Shown piece after piece: positions 14,301-27,100 of a stretch of DNA of 64,000 bases. The notes under the pieces were generated by a model, which ran no database searches, was not told where the DNA came from, and saw only the letters and a list, made by a program, of their open reading frames with translations. The number at the start of each line of letters is the position of its first letter. Within the stretch, counting starts at the first letter, position 1. A program made the translations under genes and the position numbers. Source of the DNA: Eledone cirrhosa (lineage: Eukaryota); contig OZ024741.1 in NCBI GenBank assembly GCA_964016885.1, forward strand, positions 36,084,001-36,148,000, in the 5' to 3' direction.

Positions 14301-17300
14301 CTATAGACTCTTCAGTCTATGGATATTTCAGCCTATGAACTCTTTACACTAAGAACTCTTCAGCCTAGGGACTCTTCATCCTAAGAACTCTTCCGCCTAA
14401 GAACTCTTCAGCCTATGGACTCTTCAGCCTATGAATTCTTCACACTTAGAACTCTTCAGCCTATGAACTCTTCACCCTAAGAACTCTTCAGCCTATGGAC
14501 TCTTCAGCCTATGAACTCTTCACCCTTTGGATACTTCAGCCTATGGATCCTTCACTCTAAGAACTCTTCAGCCTATGGTCTCTTCAGCCTATGGTCTCTT
14601 CAGCCTGTGAACTCTTCAGCCTATGGACTCTTCAACCTATGGACTCTTCACCCTAAGAACTCTTCAGCCTATGGGCTCTTCACCGTAAGAACTGTTCAGC
14701 CTATGGACTATTCAGCCTATGAACTCTTCACCCTTAGAACTCTTCAGCCTATGAAATATTCACCATAAGAACTCTTCAGCATATGGACACTTCAGCCTAT
14801 GAACTCTTCACCCATAGACCTCTTCAGGCTATTATCACTTCAACCTAGGAATTCTTCAGCCTATGAACTCTTCACCCTAACAACTTTTCAGCCTATGAAC
14901 TCTTCACCCTAAGAACTCTTCAGCCTATGGACTCTTCAGCCTATGGACTCTTCAGCCAAGAGACTCTTCAGCCTCTGGACTCTTCAGCCTATGAACTCTT
15001 CACACTAAGAACGCGTCAGCCTATGAACTCTTCACCCTAACAACTCTTCAGCCTATTGACGCTTCAGCCAATGGACTCTTCACCCTAAGAACTCTTCAGC
15101 CTATGGACTTTTCAGCCTATGAACTCTTCACCCTTAGAACTCTTCAGGCTATTATCTCTTCACCCTGAGAACTCTTCAGCCTATGAACTCTTCACCCTAA
15201 GAACTCTTCAGCCTATGGAATCTTCAGGCTATGGACTCTTCAGCCTATAGACTCTTCAGCCTATGGACATTTCAGCCTATGAACTCTTTACACAAAGAAC
15301 TCTTCAGCCTATGGACTTTTCACCCTAAGAACTCTACCGCCTAAGAACTCTTCAGCCTATGGACTCTTCAATCTATGGACTTTCAGCCTATGTACTCTTC
15401 AACTTATGGACTCTTCAGCATATGGACGCTTCACCCTAAGAACTCTTCAGCCTATGGACTCTTCAGCCTATGAACTCTTCAGTCTATGGATTCTTTACAC
15501 TAGGAACTCTTCAGCCTATCAACTCTTCAGTCTATGAACTCTCAACCTATGGAATCTTCAGCCTATTGACTCTTCACCCTAAAAACACTTCACCCTATGG
15601 ACTCTTCAGTCTAAGAACTCTTCGGCCTATGGGCTCTTCGGTCTATGAACTCTTCTCCATAAGAACTCTTCAGCCTATTGATTCTTCACCCTAAGAAGTC
15701 TCCAGCCTATGAATTGTTGACTCTTAGAACTCTCAGCCTAAGAACTGTTCAGCCTATGGACTCTTCAGCCTATGAATTCTTCACCCCTAGAACTCTTCAG
15801 GCTATTAAATCTTCACGCTAAGAACTCTTCAGACTGTGAACTCTTCACCCTAAGAACTCTTCAGCCTATGGACTCTTCAGCCGATGAACTCTTCACACTA
15901 AGAACTCTTCAGCCTATGAACTCTTCACCCTAATTACACTTCAGCCTATGGACTCTTCAGCCTATGGACTCTTCAGTCTAAGAACTCTTCAGTCTATGAA
16001 CTGTTCACACTTAGAACTCTTCAGCCGAAGAACTGTTCAGCCTATGAACTCTTCACACTTAGAACTCTTCAGCCTATGATCTCTTCACCCTGAGAACTCT
16101 TTAGCCTATGGACTTTTCAGCCTATGGACTCTTCACACTAAGAACTCTTCAGACTATGGACTTTTCTGCCTATGGACTCTTCAACCTATGGATTCTTCAG
16201 CCTATGAACTCTTCAGCCTATGGACTAATCAGCCTATGGACTTTTCATCCTAAAAACTCTACAGCCTATGGAATTTTCAGCCTATTGACACTTCAGCCTC
16301 TGAACTCTTCAGCCTATGAATTCTTCACTCTAAGAACTCTTCAGCCTATGGACTCTCCAGCCTATGGACTCTTCAGCCTATGAACTCTTCAGCCTCTGAA
16401 CTCTTCAGCCTATGGACTCTTCAGCCTATGAACTCTTCACGTTAAGAACTCTTCAGCCTATGGACTCTTCACCCTAAGAACTCTTCAGTCTATGAAATGT
16501 TCACTCTTAGAACTCTTCAGCCTAAGAACTGTTCAGCCTATGGACTCTTCAGCATATGAACTCTTCACGATAAGAACTCTTCAGCCTATGAACTCTTCAC
16601 CCTAAGAACTCTTCAGCCTATAGATTTTAGCCTATGTACTCTTCAACCTATGGACTCTTCACCATATGGACTCTTCGCCCTAAGAACACTTCAACCTATG
16701 GACTCTTCAGCCTATGAACTCTTCAGCCTACGGACTCTTCACACTAGGAACTCTTCAGCCTATCAACTCTTCAGTCTACGAACTCTTCACTCTAAGAAAT
16801 CTTCAGCCTATGGACTCTTCACCCTAAGATCTATTCAGCCTATGAACTGTTCACACTAAGAGTTCTTCAGCCTAAGAACTGTTCAGACTATGGAATCTTC
16901 AGCCTATGAACTCTTCACGCTTAGAACTCTTCAGCCTATGAACTCTTCACCCTAAGAACTCTTCAGCCTATGGACTCTGAAGCCTATGAACTCTTCACCC
17001 TAACAACTCTTCAGCCAATTGACTCTTCAGCCTATGGTCTCTTCACCCTAAGAACTCTTCAGCCTATGGACTTTTCAGCCTATGAACTCTTCACCCTTAG
17101 AACTCTTCCGTCTAAGAACTCTTCAGCCTATGGACTCTTCAGCCTATAGACTCTTCAGCCTATGGATATTTCAGCCTATGAACTCTTTACACTAAGAACT
17201 CTTCAGCCTAGGGACTCTTCATCCTAAGAACTCTTCCGCCTAAGAACTCTTCAGCCTATGGACTCTTCAGCCTATGAATTCTTCACACTTAGAACTCTTC

Positions 17301-18835
17301 AGCCTATGAACTCTTCACCCTAAGAACTCTTCAGCCTATGGACTCTTCAGCCTATGAACTCTTCACCCTTTGGATACTTCAGCCTATGGATCCTTCACTC
17401 TAAGAACTCTTCAGCCTATGGTCTCTTCAGCCTATGGTCTCTTCAGCCTGTGAACTCTTCAGCCTATGGACTCTTCAAACTATGGACTCTTCACCCTAAG
17501 AACTCTTCAGCCTATGGGCTCTTCACCGTAAGAACTGTTCAGCCTATGGACTCTTCAGCCTATGAACTCTTCACCCTTAGAACTCTTCAGCCTATGAAAT
17601 ATTCACCATAAGAACTCTTCAGCATATGGACACTTCAGCCTATGAACTCTTCACCCATAGACCTCTTCAGGCTATTATCACTTCAACCTAGGAATTCTTC
17701 AGCCTATGAACTCTTCACCCTAACAACTTTTCAGCCTATGAACTCTTCACCCTAAGAACTCTTCAGCCTATGGACTCTTCAGCCTATGGACTCTTCAGCC
17801 AAGAGACTCTTCAGCCTCTGGACTCTTCAGCCTATGAACTCTTCACACTAAGAACGCGTCAGCCTATGAACTCTTCACCCTAACAACTCTTCAGCCTATT
17901 GACGCTTCAGCCAATGGACTCTTCACCCTCAGAACTCTTCAGCCTATGGACATTTCAGCCTATGAACTCTTCACCCTTAGAACTCTTCAGGCTATTATCT
18001 CTTCACCCTGAGAACTCTTCAGCCTATGAACTCTTCACCCTAAGAACTCTTCAGCCTATGGAATCTTCAGGCTATGGACTCTTCAGCCTATAGACTCTTC
18101 AGCCTATGGACATTTCAGCCTATGAACTCTTTACACAAAGAACTCTTCAGCCTATGGACTTTTCACCCTAAGAACTCTACCGCCTAAGAACTCTTCAGCC
18201 TATGGACTCTTCAATCTATGGACTTTCAGCCTATGTACTCTTCAACTTATGGACTCTTCAGCATATGGACGCTTCACCCTAAGAACTCTTCAGCCTATGG
18301 ACTCTTCAGCCTATGAACTCTTCAGTCTATGGATTCTTTACACTAGGAACTCTTCAGCCTATCAACTCTTCAGTCTATGAACTCTTCAACCTATGGAATC
18401 TTCAGCCTATTGACTCTTCACCCTAAAAACAATTCACCCTATGGACTCTTCAGTCTAAGAACTCTTCGGCCTATGGGCTCTTCGGTCTATGAACTCTTCT
18501 CCATAAGAACTCTTCAGCCTATTGATTCTTCACCCTAAGAACTCTCCAGCCTATGAATTGTTGACTCTTAGAACTCTCAGCCTAAGAACTGTTCAGCCTA
18601 TGGACTCTTCAGCCTATGAATTCTTCACCCCTAGAACTCTTCAGGCTATTAAATCTTCACGCTAAGAACTCTTCAGACTGTGAACTCTTCACCCTAAGAA
18701 CTCTTCAGCCTATGGACTCTTCAGCCGATGAACTCTTCACACTAAGAACTCTTCAGCCTATGAACTCTTCACCCTAATTACACTTCAGCCTATGGACTCT
18801 TCAGCCTATGGACTCTTCAGTCTAAGAACTCTTCA
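11325..18835 (+). repeat. Mosaic segmental duplications within the satellite: ~11325-12850 matches ~15990-17515 (4,665-4,666 bp) and ~14120-15990 matches ~16965-18835 (2,843-2,844 bp)
   Basis: ORF pairs 11442/16108, 11985/16650 and 14511/17354. The marker actc(gg/tg)aagcc occurs at 12309, 14131 and 16974. Confidence 0.88.
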
Positions 18836-19229
18836 GTCTATGAACTCTTCACCCTAAGAACTCTTCAGCATGTGGGTACTTCACTTAAGAACTCTAGAGC
18901 CTATGGACTCTTCAGGCTATTAACTCTTCATCCTAAGAACTCTTCAACTTATGTACTCTTCACCCTAAGAACTCTTCAGCCTATGAACTCTTCAGCCTAT
19001 GGAATCTTCAGCCTATGAACTCTTCACCCTAAGAACACATCAGCCTATGGACTCTTCAGCCTATGAACTCTTCAGTCTATGGACTCTTCAGTCTATGAAC
19101 TCTTTACCCTAAGAATTCTTCAGCTTGTGTTCTCTTCACCCCAACAACTTTTTAGCCTATGGGCTCTTCACCCTAAGAACTCTTCAGTCTATGGACTCTT
19201 CAGCCTATGAACTCTTCAGCCTATGGACT

Positions 19230-22200
19230 CTTCAGCCTATGAACTCTTTAGCCTATGGACTCTTCAGCCTATGGAAACTTCAGCATATGAACACTTTACC
19301 CTAAGAACTCTTCAGCCTGTGAACTCTTCACCCTAAGAACTCTTCAGCCTATGGTCTCATCAGCCTAAGAACTCTTCAGCCTGTGGACTTTCAGCCTATG
19401 AACTCTTCAACCTCTTGTACTCTTCGCCCTAAAAACTCTTCAGCCTATGGAATATTCAGCCTATGAACACTTCAGACTATGAACTCTTCACATTAAAAAC
19501 TCTTCAGCCTAAGAACTCTTCAGCCTATGAACTCTTCACACTTAGAACTCTTCAGGCTATTATCTCTTCACCCTAAAAAATCTTCAGCCTATGAACTGTT
19601 CAGCCTAAGAACTCTTCAGCCTATGCACTCTTCAGGCTACGGACTCTTAGGCCTATGGACTCTTCAGCCTATGGACACTTCAATCTAAGATATCTTCAGC
19701 CTATGAACGCTTCACCCTAAGAACTCTTCAGCCTATGGGCTCTTCACCGTAAGAACTCTTCAGCCTATGGACTCTTCAGACTATTAACTCTTCACCCTAA
19801 GAACTCTTCAGCCTATGAATTCTTCACCCTAACAACTCTTCAGACTATGGACTCTTCAGCCTATGAACTCTGCAGCCTAAGAACTCATCAGCCTATGAAC
19901 TGTTCAACCTATGGAATCTTCAGCCTATGGACTCTTCACCCTAAGAACAATTCACCCTATGGACTCTTCAGCCTATGAACTCTTCAGCCTATGGGCTCTT
20001 CACCCTAAGAACTTTTCAGCCTATAGACTCTTCAGCCTATGAACTCTTCAGCCTATTGACTCTTCAGCCTATGAACTCTTCGGCCTATGGACTGTTCACC
20101 CTAAGAAATCTTAAGCCCATGAACTCTTCAGCCTATGAACTCTTCGGTCTATGAACTCTTCACCATAAGAACTCTTCAGCCTATTGATTTTTCACCCTAA
20201 GAACTCTTCATCCTATGAACTGTTCACTCTTAGAACTCTCAGTCTAAGAACTGTTCAGCCTACGGACTCTTCAGCCTATGAATTCTTCAACCTTAGAACT
20301 CTTCAGGCTATTAAATATTCATCCTAAGAACTCTTCAGACTATGAAATCTTCACCATAAGAACTCTCCAGCCTATGGACTCTTCAGCCTATGAACTGTTC
20401 ACCCTAAGAACTCTTCAGCCTATGAACTCTTCAGGCTATGAACTCTTCACCCTAAGAACTCTTCAGTCTATGAACTCTTCGCCCTAAGAACTCTTCAGCC
20501 TATGGACTCTTCAGCCTATGAACTCTTCACCCTATGGATACTTCAGCCTATGGACTCTTCACTCTAAGAAATCTTTAGCCTATGGACTCTTCAACCTATG
20601 GACTATTCACCCTAAGAACGCTTCACCCTATGGACTCTTCAGCCTATGAACTCTTCAGCCTATAGGCTCTTCGGTCTATGAACTCTTCTCCATAAGTATT
20701 CTTGAGCCTATTGATTCTTCACCCTAAGAACTCTTCAGCCTATGAACTCTTCACACTAAGAACTCTACAGCCTATGAACTCTTCACACTAATTACACTTC
20801 AGCCTATGGACTCTTCAACCTATGGACTCTTCACCCTAAGAACTCTTCAGCCTATGAACTCTTCACTCTAAGAACTCTTCAGTCTATGAACTCTTCACCC
20901 TAAGAACTCTTCAGCCTATGAACTCTTCAGTCTATGGAATCTTCAGCCTATGGACTCTTCACCCTAAGAACACATCAGCCTATGGACTCTTCAGCCTATG
21001 AACTCTTCAGTATATGAACTCTTCAGCCTATGAAATCTTTACCCTTAGAACTCTTCAGCTTGTGAACTCTTCACCCTAAGAACTCTTCAGCCTATGGGCT
21101 CTTCAACCTAAGAACACTTCAGTCTCTGAACTCTTCACCCTACGAATTATTCAGCCTATGGATTCTTCACACTAAGAACTCTTCAGACTATGAACTCTTC
21201 ACCCTAAGAACTCTGCAGCCTATGGACTCTTCAGCCTATGAACTCTTCACACTAAGAACTCTACAGCCTAAGAACTCTTCACACTAATTACACTTCAGCC
21301 TATGGACTCTTCAACCTATGGACTCTTCACCCTAAGAACTCTTCAGCCTATGAACTCTTCACTCTAAGAACTCTTCAGTCTATGAACTCTTCACCCTAAG
21401 AACTCTTCAGCCTATGAACTCTTCAGTCTATGAAATCTTCAGCCTATGGACTCTTCACCCTAAGAACACATCAGCCTATGGACTCTTCTGCCTATGAACT
21501 CTTCAGTCTATGAACTCTTCAGCCTATGAAATCTTTACCCTTAGAACTCTTCAGCTTGTGAACTCTTCACCCCAACAACTTTTCAGCCTATGGGCTCTTC
21601 ACCCTAAGAACTCATCAGTCTATGAACTCTTCACCCTAAGAATTCTTCAGCCTATGGATTCTTCACCATAAGAACTTTTCAGTCTATGAACTCTTCACCC
21701 TAAGAACTCTTCAGCCTATGGACTCTTCAGCCTATGAACTCTTTAGCCTATGGACTCTTCAGCCTATGGAAACTTCAGCATATGAACACTTTACCCTAAG
21801 AACTCTTCAGCCTGTGAACTCTTCACCCTAAAACTCTTCAGCCTATGGTCTCATCAGCCTAAGAACTCTTCAGCCTGTGGACTTTCAGCCTATGAACTCT
21901 TCAACCTCTTGTACTCTTCGCCCTAAAAACTCTTCAGCCTATGGAATATTCAGCCTATGAACACTTCAGACTATGAACTCTTCACATTAAAAACTCTTCA
22001 GCCTAAGAACTCTTCAGCCTATGAACTCTTCACCCTAAGAACTATTAGGCCTATGGACTCTTCCGCCTATGAACTCTTCACACTTAGAACTCTTCAGGCT
22101 ATTATCTCTTCACCCTAAGAAATCTTCAGCCTATGAACTGTTCACCCTAAGAACTCTTCAGCCTATGCACTCTTCAGGCTACGGACTCTTAGGCCTATGG

Positions 22201-24190
22201 ACTCTTCAGCCTATGGACACTTTAATCTAAGATATCTTCAGCCTATGAACGCTTCACCCTAAGAACTCTTCAGCCTATGGGCTCTTCACCGTAAGAACTC
22301 TTCAGCCTATGGACTCTTCAGACTATTAACTCTTCACCCTAAGAACTCTTCAGCCTATGAATTCTTCACCCTAACAACTCTTCAGACTATGGACTCTTCA
22401 GCCTATGAACTCTACAGCCTAAGAACTCATCAGCCTATGAACTGTTCAACCTATGGAATCTTCAGCCTATGGACTCTTCACCCTAAGAACAATTCACCCT
22501 ATGGACTCTTCAGCCTATGAACTCTTCAGCCTATGGGCTCTTCACCCTAAGAACTTTTCAGCCTATAGACTCTTCAGCCTATGAACTCTTCAGCCTATTG
22601 ACTCTTCAGCCTATGAACTCTTCGGCCTATGGACTGTTCACCCTAAGAAATCTTAAGCCCATGAACTCTTCAGCCTATGAACTCTTCGGTCTATGAACTC
22701 TTCACCATAAGAACTCTTCAGCCTATTGATTTTTCACCCTAAGAACTCTTCAGCCTATGAACTGTTCACTCTTAGAACTCTCAGTCTAAGAACTGTTCAG
22801 CCTACGGACTCTTCAGCCTATGAATTCTTCAACCTTAGAACTCTTCAGGCTATTAAATATTCATCCTAAGAACTCTTCAGACTATGAACTCTTCACCATA
22901 AGAACTCTCCAGCCTATGGACTCTTCAGCCTATGAACTGTTCACCCTAAGAACTCTTCAGCCTATGAACTCTTCAGGCTATGAACTCTTCACCCTAAGAA
23001 CTCTTCAGTCTATGAACTCTTCGCCCTAAGAACTCTTCAGCCTATGGACTCTTCAGCCTATGAACTCTTCACCCTATGGATACTTCAGCCTATGGACTCT
23101 TCACTCTAAGAAATCTTTAGCCTATGGACTCTTCAACCTATGGACTCTTCACCCTAAGAACTCTTCAGCCTATGGACTCTTCACCCAAAGAACAATTCAC
23201 CCTTAGAATTCTTCAGCCTATGAACTCTTCACCCTTAGAACTCTTCAGGCTATTATCACTTCAACCTAAGAATTCTTCAGCCTATGAACTCTTCACCCTA
23301 ACAACTTATCAGCCTATGAACTCTTCACCCTAAGAACTCTTCAGCCTATGGACTCTTCAGCCTATATACTCATCAGCCTAGAGACTCTTCAGCATATGGA
23401 CACTTCAGCCTATGAACTATTCATACTAAGAACTCTTCAGCCTATAAACTCTTCAGCCTATATAATCTTCAGCCTATAGACTCTTCAATCTATGGACTTT
23501 CAGCTTATGGACTCTTCAGGCTATGAACTCTTCAGCCTATGGACTCTTCACACTAGGAACTCTTCAACCTATCAACTCTTCCCTCTATGAACTCTTCAAC
23601 CTATGGAATCTTCAGCCTATGGACTATTCACCCTAAGAACGCTTCACCCTATGGACTCTTCAGCCTATGAACTCTTCAGCCTATAGGCTCTTCGGTCTAT
23701 GAACTCTTCTCCATAAGTATTCTTGAGCCTATTGATTCTTCACCCTAAGAACTCTTCAGCCTATGAACTCTTCACACTAAGAACTCTACAGCCTATGAAC
23801 TCTTCACACTAATTACACTTCAGCCTATGGACTCTTCAACCTATGGACTCTTCACCCTAAGAACTCTTCAGCCTATGAACTCTTCACTCTAAGAACTCTT
23901 CAGTCTATGAACTCTTCACCCTAAGAACTCTTCAGCCTATGAACTCTTCAGTCTATGGAATCTTCAGCCTATGGACTCTTCACCCTAAGAACACATCAGC
24001 CTATGGACTCTTCAGCCTATGAACTCTTCAGTCTATGAACTCTTCAGCCTATGAAATCTTTACCCTTAGAACTCTTCAGCTTGTGAACTCTTCACCCTAA
24101 GAACTCTTCAGCCTATGGGCTCTTCACCCTAAGAACACTTCAGTCTCTGAACTCTTCACCCTACGAATTATTCAGCCTATGGATTCTTCA
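19230..24190 (+). repeat. Duplication ~19230-21170 matching ~21730-24190 (offset ~2.5 kb, 2,542 at the ORF pair, then 3,021 after a ~480-bp indel)
   Basis: ORFs 20278/22820 are offset by 2,542. The marker cataagtattcttgag occurs at 20691 and 23712 (3,021). Both copies share ggctacggactcttagg and aatctaagatatc. Confidence 0.85.
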
Positions 24191-27100
24191 CCCTAAGAAC
24201 TCTTCAGTCTATGAACTGTTCACCCTAAGAACTCTTCAGCTTATGAACTGTTCACCCTAAGAACTCTTCAGCCTAAGAACTGGTCAGCCTATGGACTCTT
24301 CAGCCTATGAAATCTTCACCGTTAGAACTCTTCAGTCTATGGAATCTTCACCCTAAGAACTCTTCTACCTATGGTCTCTTCAGCCTATGAACTCTTCAGC
24401 ATATGGACTCTTCAGCCTATGGAAACTTCAGCCTATGAACACTTTACCCTAAGATCTCTTCAGCCTGTGAACTCTTCACCCTAAGAACTCTTCAGCCTAT
24501 GGGCTCATCACCCTAAGAACTCTTCAGCCGGTGGACTTTCAGCCTATGAACTCTTCAACCTCTTGTACTCTTCACCCTAAAAACTTTTCAGCCTATGAAT
24601 TCTTCACCCTAAGAAATCTTCAGCCTATGGAATCTTCAGCCTATGAACACTTCAGACTATGAACTCTTCACATTAAATACTCTTCAGCCTAAGAACTCTT
24701 CAGCCTATGAACTCTTCACCCTAAGAACTATTAGGCCTATGGACTCTTCCGCCTATGAACTCTTCACACTTAGAACTCTTCAGGCTATTATCTCTTCACC
24801 CTTAGAACTCTTCAGGCTGTTATCTCTTCACCCTAAGAACTCTTCAGCCTATGAACTCTTCACCCTAAGAACTCTTCAGCCTATGGACTCTTCAGGCTAT
24901 GGACTCTTCAGCCTATAGACACTTCAGCCTATGAACTCTTCACACTAAGAACTCTTCAGACTATGAAAACTTCACCCTAATACTCTTCAGCCTATGGACT
25001 CTTCAGCCTATGGACTCTTCACACTAAGAAATCTTCAGCCTATGAACGCTTCACCCTAAGAACTCTTCAGCCTATTGGCTCTTCACCCTAAGAACTCTTC
25101 AGCATATGGACTATTCACCCTAAGAACTCTTCAGACTATGGACACTTCAGCCTATGGACTCTTCAGCCTATGGACTATTCACCCTAAGAACTCTTCAGCC
25201 TATGAACTCTTCACCCTAAGAAATCTTCAGCCTATGAACTCTTCACCCTAAGAACTCTTCAGCCTATGGGCTCTTCACTTAAGAACTCTACAGCCTATGG
25301 ACTCTTCAGGCTATTAACTCTTCACCCTAAGAACTCTTCAACCTGAGAACTCTTCACCCTAAGAACTCTTCAGCCTATGAAGTCTTCGGCCTATGGAATC
25401 TTCAGCCTATGGTCTCTTCACCCTAAGAACTCTTCAGCCTAAGAACTGTTCGGCCTATGGACTCTTCAGCATATGAAATATTCACCGTTAGAACTCTTCA
25501 GGCTATGGAATATTCATCCTAAGAACTCTTCTGCCTATGGACTCTTCAGCCTATGAACTCTTCAGCCTATGGACTCTTCAGCCTATGGAAACTTCAGCCT
25601 ATGAACATTTACCCTAAGAACTCTTCAGCCTGTGAACTCTTCACCCTAAGAACTCTTCAGCCTATGGGTTCATCACCCTAAGAACTCTTCAGCCTGTGGA
25701 CTTTCAGCCTATGAACTCTTCAGCCTATGGACTCTTCACCCTAAGAACACTTCACCCTATGGACTCTTCAGCCTATGAACTCTTCAGCCTAAGGGCTCTT
25801 CACCCTGAGAACTTTTCAGTCGATAGACTCTTCAGCCTATGAACTCTTCAGCCTATGGACTCTTCAGCGTATGAACTCTTCGGCCTATGGACTCTTCACC
25901 CTAAGAACTCTTAAGCCCATGAACTCTTCAGCCTATGAACTCTTCGGTCTATGAACTCTTCACCCTTAGAACTCTTCGGTCTATTAAATCTTCACACTAA
26001 GAACTCTTCAGACTATGAACTCTTCACCCTAAGAACTCTTCAGCCTATTGTCTCTTCAGCCTATGGACTTTTCAGCCTATGAACTGTTCACCCTAAGAAC
26101 TCTTCAGCCTATGAACTCTTCAACCTATGAACTCTTCACCGTAAGAAGTCTTCAGCCTATGAACACTTCAACCTGTGAACGCTTCAGCCTATTGGACTCT
26201 TCACCCTAAGAACTCTTCAGCCTATGGACTCTTCAGCCTATGAACTCTTCAGCCTATTGGACTCTTCACCCTAAGAACTCTTCAGCCTATGAACTCTTTA
26301 GCCTAAGAACATTTCACACTTAGAACTCTTCAGCTTATGAACTCTTCACCATAAAAACTCTTCAGCCTATGGACTCTTCATCCTATGAACTCTTCAGCCT
26401 ATGGACACTTCAGCCTATGGACTCTTCACCATAAGAACTCTTCAGCCTATGGACTCTTCACTCTAAGAAATCTTCAACCTATGAAATGTTCACCCTTAGA
26501 ACTCTTCAGCCTATGAACTCTTCACCATAAAAATTCTTCAGCCTATGGACTCTTCATCCTATGAACTCTTAAACCTATGGACACTTCAGCCTATGGTCTC
26601 TTCAGCCTGTGAACTCTTCATCCTATGGACTCTTCAACCTATGGATTCTTTACCCTAAGAACTTTTCAGCCTATTGGCTCTTCACCCTAACAACTGTTCA
26701 CCCTTAGAACTCTTCAGCCTATGAACTCTTCGGCCTATGGAATCTTCAGCACATGAATTCTTTACACTAAGAACTCTTCAGCCTGTGAACTCTTCACCCT
26801 AAGAAATCTTCAGCCTATGCCTCTTCACCCTAAGAACTCTTCAGCCTATGAACTCTTCAACCTATGGATTCTTCACCCTAAGAGCTGTTCAGCCTATGAA
26901 CTCTTCACCGTTAGAACTCTTCTGTCTATGGAATCTTCACCCTAAGAACTCTTCAGCCAATGGACTCTTCACCCTAAGAGGTCTTCAGCCTATGAACTGT
27001 TCACTTTAGAACTCTTGAGCCTAAGAACTGTTCAGCCTATGGACTCTACAGCCTATGAACTCTTCACCATAAAAACTCTTCAGCCTATGGACTCTTCACC

